In this document: piece by piece, positions 47,228 through 57,013 of the stretch
Numbering within the stretch: the first letter of the stretch is position 1
Layout: each line of letters begins with the position of its first letter
From: Rathayibacter sp. VKM Ac-2760
GTDB taxonomy: Bacteria; Actinomycetota; Actinomycetes; Actinomycetales; Microbacteriaceae
Length of the DNA stretch: 64,000 nt
Assembly: GCF_009834185.1 (NCBI RefSeq)
Contig: NZ_CP047173.1
Location: forward strand, 1,391,725 to 1,455,724
Reading direction: 5' to 3'
Notes under the pieces: model-generated
Told to the model about the DNA's origin: nothing
Database searches by the model: none
What the model saw: the letters and a program-made list of their open reading frames with translations, nothing else
Position numbers and translations under genes: made by a program

Positions 47228-48007
47228 TCAGGCGTGCTCGGCGAGGAAGGCGAGCACCGCGTCCTTGAACGCGCGTGCCGGAACCGTGCTGGTGTGGTCG
47301 CGGCCCGGGACGCTGACGAAGCGCGCCCCCGCCTCCTCCGCCAGCCGCGCCCCGCCGGGTGCGATGGGGTCGGCGCCGCCGGTCACCATCAGGGTCGGCA
47401 GTGCCGGGTGCACCCCGAGCTCCGGATGCGCCCCGCCGCGGACGCCGTCCGCCACCGCCACCAGCGCGGCGAGGTCGTTGCCGGCCACGCCCTCCGCCAT
47501 GCCGATGAACGCGCGGGTGAAGCCGTCGTCGATCTCGCCGCCGTCTGCCACCCGCGCCCGCGCCGCCGCCGCGTCGAAGTGCCGGAGCGGCTCGCCCACG
47601 GTGAGCCCGCCGAGGCTGAGGGTCGCCAGCAGCTCCGGGCGCTCGAGTCCGAGCACCCAGCCCATCCGCGCGCCGAGCGAGTAGCCCAGGTAGTGCGGAG
47701 CGATCAGGTCGTAGGTCTCGATCACCCGGACGATGTCGGCCACCATCGGATCGACCCCGTAGGCGCCGGCCCGGTGCGGCTTCTCGCTGGCCCCGTGCCC
47801 GCGCTGGTCGAGCGCCACCACGCGGTAGCCCGCGCGGCTCAGCGTCCGCAGCCAGCCCGCCGTCTCCCAGTTCAGCACCGCGTTCGACGCGAAGCCGTGC
47901 ACCGCCAGCACGGTCGGAGCCCCCTCGTCGCCGACCGCGTAGGTCGCGATCCGCGTCCCGTCGTCGGCGACCACGGACACGGGCGGGGGGAAGGCGATCG
48001 GCGTCAC
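47228..48007 (-). CDS. alpha/beta hydrolase
   Basis: HGF...N, GYSLGA nucleophile elbow. Confidence 0.75.
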   Translation of the reverse strand: MTPIAFPPPVSVVADDGTRIATYAVGDEGAPTVLAVHGFASNAVLNWETAGWLRTLSRAGYRVVALDQRGHGASEKPHRAGAYGVDPMVADIVRVIETYDLIAPHYLGYSLGARMGWVLGLERPELLATLSLGGLTVGEPLRHFDAAAARARVADGGEIDDGFTRAFIGMAEGVAGNDLAALVAVADGVRGGAHPELGVHPALPTLMVTGGADPIAPGGARLAEEAGARFVSVPGRDHTSTVPARAFKDAVLAFLAEHA

Positions 48008-48455
48008 CCGACAACCCTGCCACCCCGCGGGCGCGGGCTCGGCAGGCCCTCCGCGACGGCCGGACTGCACGGCCCGTCGCGCCATCGGACGGCCGGAAGG
48101 CCGACATCGCACGCCGACACCCGACGAGGGCCGCCGAGAGCCTCCTGAGCGAGGGCATCTGCGTTTGGTTCTCGGATGGGAGATCCAGAACGCTCGAGTG
48201 ACCGGCACGACCGGAGGTCGCTGTACGGGGCGCACACACCGTGGGGCTTCCTCGCGATCCTGTTCGTCGGGTTGTCCGTCGGAAGCGCCGTCGCCGGTGC
48301 CGTCGGCGTGACCCTCTCGCTCGACGTCGTACCGATCGCCCTCTCCGTCGCGATCACCTGCCTGATCAGCCGCCTGGTGCTCTTCCTCCGACACCGCCGC
48401 CGGTGAGCGTGACGGCCGACGGACGCTGCGGTCGCTGAAGAAGGGCGCGGCGCGG

Positions 48456-48887
48456 TCAGCGCGCCGCTCGCGAGGAGCGCACGAACGGCACCGCGAGGAC
48501 GAGCCGCACGCTGTGCCCCCGCCCCGAGCGGATCCCGAGCACGACGGAGAGCACGAGGTTCAGCACGAAGAGGCCGAGGATCGCCGCGATCGTGAGGGTG
48601 GGCCAGCCGCCGCCGTAGGCGTCGCGCGCCGAGACCAGCGCGAGGTGCAGCGGGACGAGCATCAGCTGGAGCGCCAGGTAGGTGAGCTGCCAGTTCACGG
48701 CGACGACGCCGTTGCGGTCGCTCAGGGTGCCGGTGCGGCGGCGCGCGCCCCACGCCATCACGGTCGCCGTCAGAGAGATCAGCGGCGAGAGGATGACGAA
48801 GCCGGCGATCGCCGAGAGCCCCGCGAACCAGATCGCCCGGGCGCCGCGGCCGTCGCGGCGGCGGCGCAGCGTGTCGTCGTCGTCCAT
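48456..48887 (-). CDS. hypothetical integral membrane protein
   Basis: MDDDD... start, 3-4 predicted TM helices; exact start coordinate +/-3. Confidence 0.45.
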   Translation of the reverse strand: MDDDDTLRRRRDGRGARAIWFAGLSAIAGFVILSPLISLTATVMAWGARRRTGTLSDRNGVVAVNWQLTYLALQLMLVPLHLALVSARDAYGGGWPTLTIAAILGLFVLNLVLSVVLGIRSGRGHSVRLVLAVPFVRSSRAAR

Positions 48888-49077
48888 CCGCCACCGCTCC
48901 CTCGCGATCCCGCCGGCGATCCGCCGGCACTCCAGTCTCCCACCCGCCCCCGGCGAGGGGCGGGGACGTCCCCCGCCGCCCCGGGGGTTACCCGGATGGG
49001 ATGCCGCGCGGCCGCTCCGTAGCGTGGAGGAGTCGCCGGGCGCCCCCGGCATCCCACCCGCAGAAGGAGCACCGACC

Positions 49078-49584
49078 ATGTCGAACACCGAGTCCACCCC
49101 CTCCAGTGCCACCACCGCCGTCCCCACCACCGCGACCGCCGCCGACGCGAAGCCCACCGAGGTCTACGGCGCCACCGCCGTCCTGACCGACCCGGCCCCG
49201 GTGCAGGAGCAGGAGCGGGAGCGAGCGCAGCGCGAGCAGCAGCCCGCCGCACAGCCCGCCGCCCAGCACCCCGCGCCCTACGGTGTCCCGCCCGTCGCCC
49301 CCGCCGCCGCCACCCCCGCGCCGTCCACCCCGTTCTCGCTGACCAGCCTCATCCTCGGCGTCACCTCGGTCTTCTTCGGCCTCACCGTGATCGCCCCCGT
49401 CGCCGGCCTGATCTTCGGCATCCTCGGCCTCCGCCGCGAGCCGACCGGGCGCACCCTCGCGATCTGGGGCATCGTCCTGAACGCCGTGATGATCGGCCTC
49501 GTCGTCCTCTTCGTCGTCGCGCTGCTCTTCCTCGGTCTTCTGGTGCCGTTCGTCGCGCTCGCGACCGGCACCGACGTCAACTGA
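49078..49584 (+). CDS. DUF4190-like small membrane protein with Thr/Pro-rich N-terminus
   Basis: RBS GAAGGAG; SLTSLILGVTSVFFG...GILGLRR motif. Confidence 0.6.
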   Translation: MSNTESTPSSATTAVPTTATAADAKPTEVYGATAVLTDPAPVQEQERERAQREQQPAAQPAAQHPAPYGVPPVAPAAATPAPSTPFSLTSLILGVTSVFFGLTVIAPVAGLIFGILGLRREPTGRTLAIWGIVLNAVMIGLVVLFVVALLFLGLLVPFVALATGTDVN

Positions 49585-49606
49585 CCGGCGTCACCTCCGC
49601 CGCCCC

Positions 49607-50347
49607 TCAGGCCAGGAACGCCCGGAGCAGCGCGGCCGACGCCCGCACGTGCTCGCCGGCCAGCCGCGCCGCCTCGTCCGCCCGCCCCGACAGGACGGCG
49701 ATCACGAGCGCCCGGTGCTGCTCGTCCGCGTGCGCGATGTTGCGCGGCAGCAGCGGGATGTCGTCGAGCAGGGCGTTCAGCCGCATCCGGTTCTCGGCGA
49801 CGAGCGGCAGCAGCGACGGCACGCCGGCCAGCTCGGCGAGCACCAGGTGCAGCCGGGAATCCCGGCGGCGGTAGTCCTCCTGGCTCGCGTCCTCCACCGC
49901 CCCGAGCGCGTCGAACAGCTGCTCCCGGTCGGCCGCACTCAACTCGGCCGCCGCGGCCAGGCGCACCGCGCCCACCTCGAGGATCTCGCGGAGCCCCACC
50001 ACGTCGTCGATCTCGGCCCGGTCGAAGCCGCGCCGCCCGGTCGGCACCGCCGGCAGCTCGACCGCGACGAAGGTGCCGCCGTAGCGGCCGCGTCGCACCT
50101 CGAGGTACCCGGCGTCCACCAGCGACGCGATCGCCTCGCGCAGCGTGTCGCGCCCCACGGCGAGCCGCCGGGCCAGCTCGCGCTCGGCCGGCAGCCGCTC
50201 GCCGGGCGCCACCAGCCCGAGCCGCACCGTCTGCATCAGCCGCTGCACCGTCTCCTCGAAGGCGTTGCCCGAGCGCACGGGCCGCAGGACCGCCTCGCCG
50301 GCGCTCACCGCCGGCCCGGCCGCGGGCCCGGAGTCCGCGCCGGTCAC
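49607..50347 (-). CDS. GntR family transcriptional regulator (FadR/FCD subfamily)
   Basis: N-terminal wHTH (LPAERELARRLAVGRDTLREAI) and FCD domain. Confidence 0.8.
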   Translation of the reverse strand: MTGADSGPAAGPAVSAGEAVLRPVRSGNAFEETVQRLMQTVRLGLVAPGERLPAERELARRLAVGRDTLREAIASLVDAGYLEVRRGRYGGTFVAVELPAVPTGRRGFDRAEIDDVVGLREILEVGAVRLAAAAELSAADREQLFDALGAVEDASQEDYRRRDSRLHLVLAELAGVPSLLPLVAENRMRLNALLDDIPLLPRNIAHADEQHRALVIAVLSGRADEAARLAGEHVRASAALLRAFLA

Positions 50348-51147
50348 TCCGGCGTGACGTAGGCGGAGGAGATGCCGCCGTCGACGAGGAAGGTCGAGCC
50401 GGTGATGAACGAGGCGTCGTCGCTCGCGAGGAAGGCCACCGCGGCGGCCAGCTCCTCCGGCTCGGCGAACCGCCCGATCGGGATGTGCACGAGCCGGCGC
50501 TGCGCCCGCACCGGGTCCGCCGCGAACAGCTCCTGCAGCAGCGCCGTGTTGACCGGCCCGGGGCAGAGCGCGTTCACCCGGATGCCCTGGCGGGCGTACT
50601 GCACGCCGAGCTCGCGGCTCATCGCGAGCACGCCGCCCTTCGAGGCGGTGTAGCTGATCTGCGAGGTCGCCGAGCCGAGCACGGCCACGAACGACGCGGT
50701 GTTGATGATCGAGCCGCGGCCCTGCCGGGTCATGTGCCGCAGCGCCGCCCGGCAGCAGAGGTAGACCGACTTCAGATTCACGTCCTGCACCCGCTCCCAG
50801 GCCGGCAGCTCGGTCGTCTCGATCGAGTCGTCGTCCGGAGGCGAGATGCCCGCGTTGTTGAAGGCGATGTCGACCGAGCCGTAGGCGTCGACCGCGGCCT
50901 GGAAGAGCGCGTCGACCTCGGCCTCGCTCGTGACGTCGACCCGCACGAACATCCCGCCGAGCAGCTCCGCCGCCTCGGTGCCGCGCGCGACGTCGACGTC
51001 GGCGATGACCACGCGCGCTCCCTCGCGGGCGAAGCGCACCGCGGTGGCGAGACCGATGCCGCTGGCGCCGCCGGTGATGACGGCGACCCGGCCGGCGAGG
51101 CGCTGCGTCAGATCCAGCGGAGTGGTGTCGAGGGGAGGGAGCGCCAT
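50344..51147 (-). CDS. SDR family oxidoreductase
   Basis: ITGGASGIG, NNAG, YTASKGG motifs. Confidence 0.85.
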   Translation of the reverse strand: MALPPLDTTPLDLTQRLAGRVAVITGGASGIGLATAVRFAREGARVVIADVDVARGTEAAELLGGMFVRVDVTSEAEVDALFQAAVDAYGSVDIAFNNAGISPPDDDSIETTELPAWERVQDVNLKSVYLCCRAALRHMTRQGRGSIINTASFVAVLGSATSQISYTASKGGVLAMSRELGVQYARQGIRVNALCPGPVNTALLQELFAADPVRAQRRLVHIPIGRFAEPEELAAAVAFLASDDASFITGSTFLVDGGISSAYVTPE

Positions 51148-51215
51148 GGATCGGCCTTTCACGGAGGAGGAGCGGGGGAGGAGCGGGAGGAGCGGAGGGG
51201 GAGTCGTGGGCCGGC

Positions 51216-52594
51216 TCAGTCGGCCGCGAAGAAGACGTTCTTGGTCTCGGTGAAGCCGAGGGCCGCGTCCGGTCCGAGCTCGCGCCCGAGCCCGGACTGC
51301 TTGAAGCCGCCGAACGGCGTCGCGTAGCGGACCGACGAGTGCGAGTTGACCGAGAGGTTGCCGGCCTCGACCGCGCGGGACATCCGCAGTGCGCGGCCGA
51401 GATCGCGGGTCCAGATCGAGCCGGAGAGCCCGTAGTCGGTGTCGTTGGCGAGCCGGATCGCGTCCGCCTCGTCCTCGAACGGCAGCACGGAGACGACCGG
51501 GCCGAAGACCTCCTCGCGCCAGACGGCGTCGCCGGTAGCGGGCAGCAGGACGGTCGGCGGGAACCAGAAGCCCGGGCCGGACGGAGCCGACCCGCGGAAC
51601 GCGACCGGCGCTCCCTCCGGCACGAAGCCGGCCACCCGCGCGTGATGCTCGGCCGACACCAGCGGACCCATCTCCGTCGCCTCCTCGCGCGGGTCGCCGA
51701 CGACGACGCCCTGCACGGCCGGCTCGAGCAGCTCGAGGAAGCGGTCGAGGACGCGCCTCTCGACCAGGATCCGGCTGCGCGCGCAGCAGTCCTGGCCCGC
51801 GTTCTCGAAGACGCCGGAGGGCGCGGTGCTCGCGGCGCGCTCGAGGTCGGAGTCGGCGAAGACGATGTTCGCGCTCTTGCCGCCGAGCTCGAGCGTCACC
51901 CGCTTCACCTGGTCGGCGCAGCCCGCCATCACCCGCTTGCCGACGCGCGTCGATCCGGTGAAGACGACCTTGCGGACCAGCGGATGCGTCACGAAGCGCT
52001 CGCCGACCACGTCGCCGCGCCCGGGCAGCACCTGGAAGAGGCCCTCGGGCAGGCCGGACGCGAGGGCCAGCTCGGCCAGGCGGAGACTCGTCAGCGGCGT
52101 CCACTCCGCGGGCTTCAGCACGACGGCGTTGCCCGCGGCGAGCGCCGGCGCGAAGCCCCAGGAGGCGATCGTCATCGGGAAGTTCCACGGCGTGATGATG
52201 CCGACCACGCCGAGCGGCTCGTGGACGGTGACGTCGAGCCCGCCGGCGACCGGGATCTGCGCGCCGAGCAGGCGCTCGGGGGCGGAGGAGGAGTACTCCA
52301 GCACGTCGCGGACGTGACCCGCCTCCCAGCGCGACTGGGTGATCGGGTGGCCGGAGTTGCGGGTCTCGAGCTGCGCCAGCTCCTCGATCGCGCCGTCGAC
52401 GGCGGCGGCGAAGCGGCGGAGGGCGCGGGCCCGGTCGACGGGGGCGAGCGCCGCCCAGCCGCGCGTGCGCCGCGGCGGCGCGGCTCGATCGCGGCGTCGA
52501 CGGCGGCGAGGTCGGCGAGGGCGATCTCGTCGAAGGCGGCGCCGGTCGCGGGGTCGACCAGGGTTTGCACGGCAGCGGGGGAGGGCGGGGTCAT
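51216..52594 (-). pseudogene. aldehyde dehydrogenase (PuuC-like) with apparent 1-nt frameshift about 40 codons into the gene
   Basis: N-terminus MTPPSPAAVQTLVDPATGAAFDEIALADLAAVDAAIE in one frame; ...GWAALAPVDRARAL... and rest of ALDH (catalytic Cys region FENAGQDCCA, ELGGKS) in another frame. Confidence 0.65.
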
Positions 52595-53403
52595 CGGGGT
52601 GCGTCCTTCGGGGTTCCGGAGCGGTCGTCGGCGTCGTGCGCGGCTCCCGCGCGGTGGGCGAGCGCCGCGGCGACGAGGCCGGTGAACAGTCGGGTGTCGG
52701 CGGTGTCCTCCTCCGGGTGCCACTGCACGCCGAGCGCGAAGCGGCGGCCCGGCAGCTCGAGCGCCTCGATGGTGCCGTCGGCGGTCCGGGCGGCGACCTC
52801 GAGGCCGTCGGCGACCCGGTCGACCGCCTGGTGGTGGTAGACCTGCGCGACGACGACGTCCTCGCCGAGCAGTCCGCGCAGGCGCGACTCCGGCTCGACG
52901 GCGACGTCGACGTGGGAGAACACGCCGCCGCCCGCCTGGTAGCGGCGGTCGCCGACGACGTCGGGCAGGTGCTGGTGCAGGGTGCCGCCGAGCGAGACGT
53001 TGAGCAGCTGCGCGCCGCGGCAGATGCCGAGGAACGGCAGATCGGCCTCGAGGGCGGCGGTCATCAGGTGGTCCTCCCAGGCGTCGCGCTCGGGGCGGGG
53101 CTCGTCCGTCTCCGGGTGCGGCTCCTGGCCGTAGCGGGCCGGGTCGATGTCCTTGCCGCCGCAGACGATCAGCCCGTCGAGCCGGGCGACGACCGCGCGG
53201 GCGGTCTCGGCCGAGGCCGGCTGGGGCGGCAGGAGCAGCGCCACGCCGCCGGCGCGGGTCACGGAGTCGAGGTAGTTCGCGGGCAGGAAGGACGCCTCGA
53301 CGTCCCACACGCCCGACACGGCGCGCTCGCGGTAGGTCGTCAGTCCGATGATCGGGCGCGGGGCGACGACGCCGCCGCCGGTCGACGCGTCAGAGCCGCT
53401 CAA
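52591..53403 (-). CDS. gamma-glutamyl-gamma-aminobutyrate hydrolase family (class I glutamine amidotransferase-like, PuuD-like)
   Basis: GICRGAQLLNV catalytic Cys context, HH pair. Confidence 0.8.
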   Translation of the reverse strand: MSGSDASTGGGVVAPRPIIGLTTYRERAVSGVWDVEASFLPANYLDSVTRAGGVALLLPPQPASAETARAVVARLDGLIVCGGKDIDPARYGQEPHPETDEPRPERDAWEDHLMTAALEADLPFLGICRGAQLLNVSLGGTLHQHLPDVVGDRRYQAGGGVFSHVDVAVEPESRLRGLLGEDVVVAQVYHHQAVDRVADGLEVAARTADGTIEALELPGRRFALGVQWHPEEDTADTRLFTGLVAAALAHRAGAAHDADDRSGTPKDAPR

Positions 53404-54823
53404 AGCCGCGCACCCTCTCCCAGTCGGTCACCGCCGCGTCGTAGGCGGCCAGCTCCACGCGGGCGTTGTTCACGTAGTGCTCCACGACCTCGTCGCCGAA
53501 GGCGGCCCTGGCGAGCGCGGACGACTCGAACAGGTCGGCCGCCTCGCGGAGGGTGGCCGGGACCCGCGGCGCCCCCGAGCCGTAGGCGTTGCCGGTGCAG
53601 GCGTCCTCGAGCTCGAGCTCGTTCTCTATGCCGTGCAGACCGGCGGCGACGAGCGCCGCGACGGCCAGGTACTGGTTGACGTCGCCGCCCGGCACCCGGT
53701 TCTCGACCCGCAGCCCGGCGCCGTGTCCGACGACGCGCAGGGCGCAGGTGCGGTTGTCGAGACCCCAGGCGACCGCGGTCGGCGCGAAGGAGCCGTCGAC
53801 GTAGCGCTTGTAGGAGTTGATGTTCGGGGCGAAGAACAGCGTGAGCTCGCGCATCGCGGCCAGCTGGCCGGCCAGGTAGTGCCGGAAGAGCGGCGACATC
53901 CCGTGCTCGCCCGCCGCGTCGGCGAAGACGGGGGTGCCGTCCGTACCGCGGAGGGAGAGGTGGATGTGGCAGGAGTTGCCCTCGCGCTCGTTGAACTTGG
54001 CCATGAAGGTCAGGCTCTTGCCGTGCTTGTCGGCGATCTCCTTGGCGCCCGACTTGTAGATCGAGTGGTTGTCGCAGGTGACGAGGGCGGCGTCGTAGCG
54101 GAAGCCGATCTCCTGCTGGCCGAGGTTGCACTCGCCCTTGATGCCCTCGCAGTACAGGCCGGCGCCCTCCATCGACACCCGGATGTCCCGCATCAGCGGC
54201 TCCATCCGGGTCGAGGCGAGCAGGGCGTAGTCGATGTTGTAGTCGCTGGCGGGGGTCAGCTCGCGGTAGCCCTTCCGGAAGGCGTCGCGGTAGGAGTCGT
54301 CGAAGACGATGAACTCGAGCTCGGTCGCGACGAACGCCTCGAGCCCCCGGTCGGCGAGCCGGTCGAGCTGCGCGCGGAGGATCTGCCGGGGCGCCTCGCC
54401 CACCGGAGCGTCGTCGAGCCAGGTCAGATCGGCCGTCACCAGCGCGGTCCCCGGCAGCCACGGCGCGAGGCGCAGCGTCGACAGGTCCGGGATCATCTTC
54501 ATGTCGCCGTAGCCGCGCTCCCAGCTGGAGAGGGCGTAGCCGTCGACGGTGTTCATCTCGACGTCGACCGCGAGCAGGTAGTTGCAGCACTCGGCGCCGT
54601 GCTCGGCCACGTCGTCCTGGAACAGCCGTGCGGAGATGCGCTTGCCGACGAGCCGGCCCTGCATGTCGGTGAAGGCGACGATGACGGTGTCGATCTCGCC
54701 GGCCTCGATCAGGGTGTCGAGCCGGTCGAGGGTGAGCATGCCGCGGGGGAGCGTGCGGGCGGCGCGCGTCGTGTCGGCGCGCGGCTGGGCGGCGCGCGGC
54801 TGGTCGGCGCTGTCGGGTGCCAT
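53390..54823 (-). CDS. glutamine synthetase family protein (gamma-glutamylpolyamine synthetase, GlnA3/PuuA-like)
   Basis: GS type I catalytic domain motifs (KFNEREGNSCHIHLSL, NSYKRY). Confidence 0.85.
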   Translation of the reverse strand: MAPDSADQPRAAQPRADTTRAARTLPRGMLTLDRLDTLIEAGEIDTVIVAFTDMQGRLVGKRISARLFQDDVAEHGAECCNYLLAVDVEMNTVDGYALSSWERGYGDMKMIPDLSTLRLAPWLPGTALVTADLTWLDDAPVGEAPRQILRAQLDRLADRGLEAFVATELEFIVFDDSYRDAFRKGYRELTPASDYNIDYALLASTRMEPLMRDIRVSMEGAGLYCEGIKGECNLGQQEIGFRYDAALVTCDNHSIYKSGAKEIADKHGKSLTFMAKFNEREGNSCHIHLSLRGTDGTPVFADAAGEHGMSPLFRHYLAGQLAAMRELTLFFAPNINSYKRYVDGSFAPTAVAWGLDNRTCALRVVGHGAGLRVENRVPGGDVNQYLAVAALVAAGLHGIENELELEDACTGNAYGSGAPRVPATLREAADLFESSALARAAFGDEVVEHYVNNARVELAAYDAAVTDWERVRGFERL

Positions 54824-55061
54824 GGCGTGCCTCCGGAGATCGCTCCGCCGGGCGGGACGGACGCCGCATGGTCGGATTCGGGACCATTAGACCACAGCCC
54901 GTCTCGGTCGTGCTCCCGGTCGCCCGGTTGTCGCGCAGGGTCCATGGCGAGCCGTCGGCGCAGTGCCTCGATCGCGCCGTTCACACCCCTGTAACGCCAT
55001 TGGTCTTCCCCGCGTCCATTGAGGACCCTATGCTCTGAGCCACCCGAGCCGAGGAGACCCG

Positions 55062-56648
55062 ATGGCAGAGCAGACGAAGCAGACTCCGACGAGCAAGGGT
55101 GCGAGGCGCCCGGCGGCGTCCGGGCCCGACTCCGCGAACGTCACGAGCACCGCGGGGGTGACCTACCGCGAGGCCGAGGCCGGCTACTTCGAGAAGCGCA
55201 CCCTGCGCCGCTCCGCCGGCGTCTGGGGGCTCTGGGGTCTGGCCGTCGCCGCCGTCATCTCGGGTGACTTCTCGGGCTGGAACTTCGGGATCGAGTTCGC
55301 CGGCTTCGGCGGGATGCTGATCGCCTTCGCGGTCCTCGTGGTGATGTACTACGGCCTGATCTTCTCGATCGGCGAGATGTCGGCCGCGATGCCGCACACC
55401 GGCGGCGCCTACTCCTTCGCCCGCTCGGCGATGGGGCCGTGGGGCGGTCTGGTCACCGGACTGGCCGAGACCATCGAGTACGTGGCCACCACCGCCGTGG
55501 TCGTCTTCTTCTCGGCGCAGTACGCGAACGGGGTGACGAGCGAGCTGCTCGGCTTCGACCTCTCCGGCGCGATGTGGATCTGGTGGCTCGTCCTCTACAT
55601 CGTCTTCGTCGCGCTGAACTCCGCGGGCGCGGCGATCTCGTTCCGCTTCGCGATCGTCGTCTCGATCGTGTCCATCGCGATCCTGCTGGCCTTCTCCGTG
55701 ATGGCGCTGCTCTCGCCGGCGCTCGACTGGTCGAGCCTGTGGAACATCGCGCCGGACGCGGGCCAGTCCGAGTTCCTCCCGCACGGCGTCCTGCCGATCC
55801 TCTTCGCACTGCCGTTCGCCATGTGGTTCTTCCTCGGCATCGAGGAGCTGCCGCTCGCGGCCGAGGAGGCGCACGATCCGGTCCGCGACATCCCCCGCGC
55901 CGGCTTCTGGGCCCGCGGCACGCTGATCGTGACCGGACTGCTCGTCCTCTTCCTCAACACCGCGCTGATCGGCTCCGAGGACATGGGCGTCTCGACCGAG
56001 CCGCTGCTCGACGGCTTCCGCGCGATGGTCGGCGACGGGGCGGCGGCCGTGCTCGCGCTGTTCGCCCTGATCGGGCTGCTCGCCTCACTGCAGGGCATCA
56101 TGTTCGCCTACGGGCGCAACATGTACTCGCTCTCCCGGGCGGGCTACTACCCCCGCGTCTTCTCGCTCACCGGGAAGCGCCAGACGCCGTGGATCGCCCT
56201 GACCGTGGGCGCGGTCATCGGCTTCGTCGCCCTCGTCGTCGTCGACGTGCTCAGCCGGCTCGACCCGGACAACGCCGGCGCCGTCGCGGGAGCGATCGTG
56301 CTGAACATCGCGGTCTGGGGCGCGGTCGTCGCGTACTTCATGCAGATGGTCTCGTTCGTGCTGCTGCGCCGCCGGTTCCCGAGCGCGACCCGTCCGTACC
56401 GCAGCCCGTGGGGTGTGCCGGGTGCGGTGATCGCGGCGCTGATCAACGTGCTGATCTTCCTCGGCTTCCTCTTCAACGACGCGTTCCAGCCCGCGATCAT
56501 CGCCATCGCCGTGGTCTACGTGATCATCCTGATCGGCTTCGCGGTCTGGGGGCGGAAGCGCCTCGTGCTCTCGCCCGAGGAGCGCTACGCGCTGAGCGGC
56601 GGACTGCACGCGGCGCCGAGCATCCCGGAGCCGGATCGCGTCGACTGA
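55062..56648 (+). CDS. APC-superfamily permease (ethanolamine/polyamine permease-like)
   Basis: 12-TM permease-like hydrophobic profile; RBS GAGGAG; divergent from Puu-like operon. Confidence 0.8.
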   Translation: MAEQTKQTPTSKGARRPAASGPDSANVTSTAGVTYREAEAGYFEKRTLRRSAGVWGLWGLAVAAVISGDFSGWNFGIEFAGFGGMLIAFAVLVVMYYGLIFSIGEMSAAMPHTGGAYSFARSAMGPWGGLVTGLAETIEYVATTAVVVFFSAQYANGVTSELLGFDLSGAMWIWWLVLYIVFVALNSAGAAISFRFAIVVSIVSIAILLAFSVMALLSPALDWSSLWNIAPDAGQSEFLPHGVLPILFALPFAMWFFLGIEELPLAAEEAHDPVRDIPRAGFWARGTLIVTGLLVLFLNTALIGSEDMGVSTEPLLDGFRAMVGDGAAAVLALFALIGLLASLQGIMFAYGRNMYSLSRAGYYPRVFSLTGKRQTPWIALTVGAVIGFVALVVVDVLSRLDPDNAGAVAGAIVLNIAVWGAVVAYFMQMVSFVLLRRRFPSATRPYRSPWGVPGAVIAALINVLIFLGFLFNDAFQPAIIAIAVVYVIILIGFAVWGRKRLVLSPEERYALSGGLHAAPSIPEPDRVD

Positions 56649-57013
56649 CGCGCGGCGTCCGGGGTCAGGAGGCGCCGCCGCGGCTGTCGTGGCCGGGGTC
56701 GAACGCGACGGGGGAGAGCCCGTCGCTCCGGATCGCGAGCGCGAGCGGGAGGGCGAGCGCGGTGAGCAGGACGGCGGTGAGGAGGGTGAGCAGGAGGAGC
56801 ATGAGGGGTCCGATCTCGAGGTGATGCTCCGAGAGTGGACCCGTCCACTTGTCCGCGGGGCTCGAGGAGCAGTCCACTTCGGCCGGTCCGGTCCATCCCC
56901 GTCCGGCCGCGCCAAGGTGGACTGCTCGGCTGGAGCCCCGGCGTAGGCTGGCCCCGCAGTCCGCGGACCCCCTGCACCCTTCGGGGCCGCACGACGACAG
57001 CGATGGAGCTGAC

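Noticed and set aside
48176-48406. 76-aa ORF with two hydrophobic segments between a hydrolase gene and a membrane-protein gene
   Set aside because: There is no RBS or conservation evidence and the composition is typical of random GC-rich ORFs. It is too weak to call.
56665-56801. 45-codon Leu-rich ORF (MLLLLTLLTAVLLTALALPLALAI...) antisense between the permease and aspA
   Set aside because: It is low-complexity and has no RBS. It is probably a chance ORF in the intergenic region.
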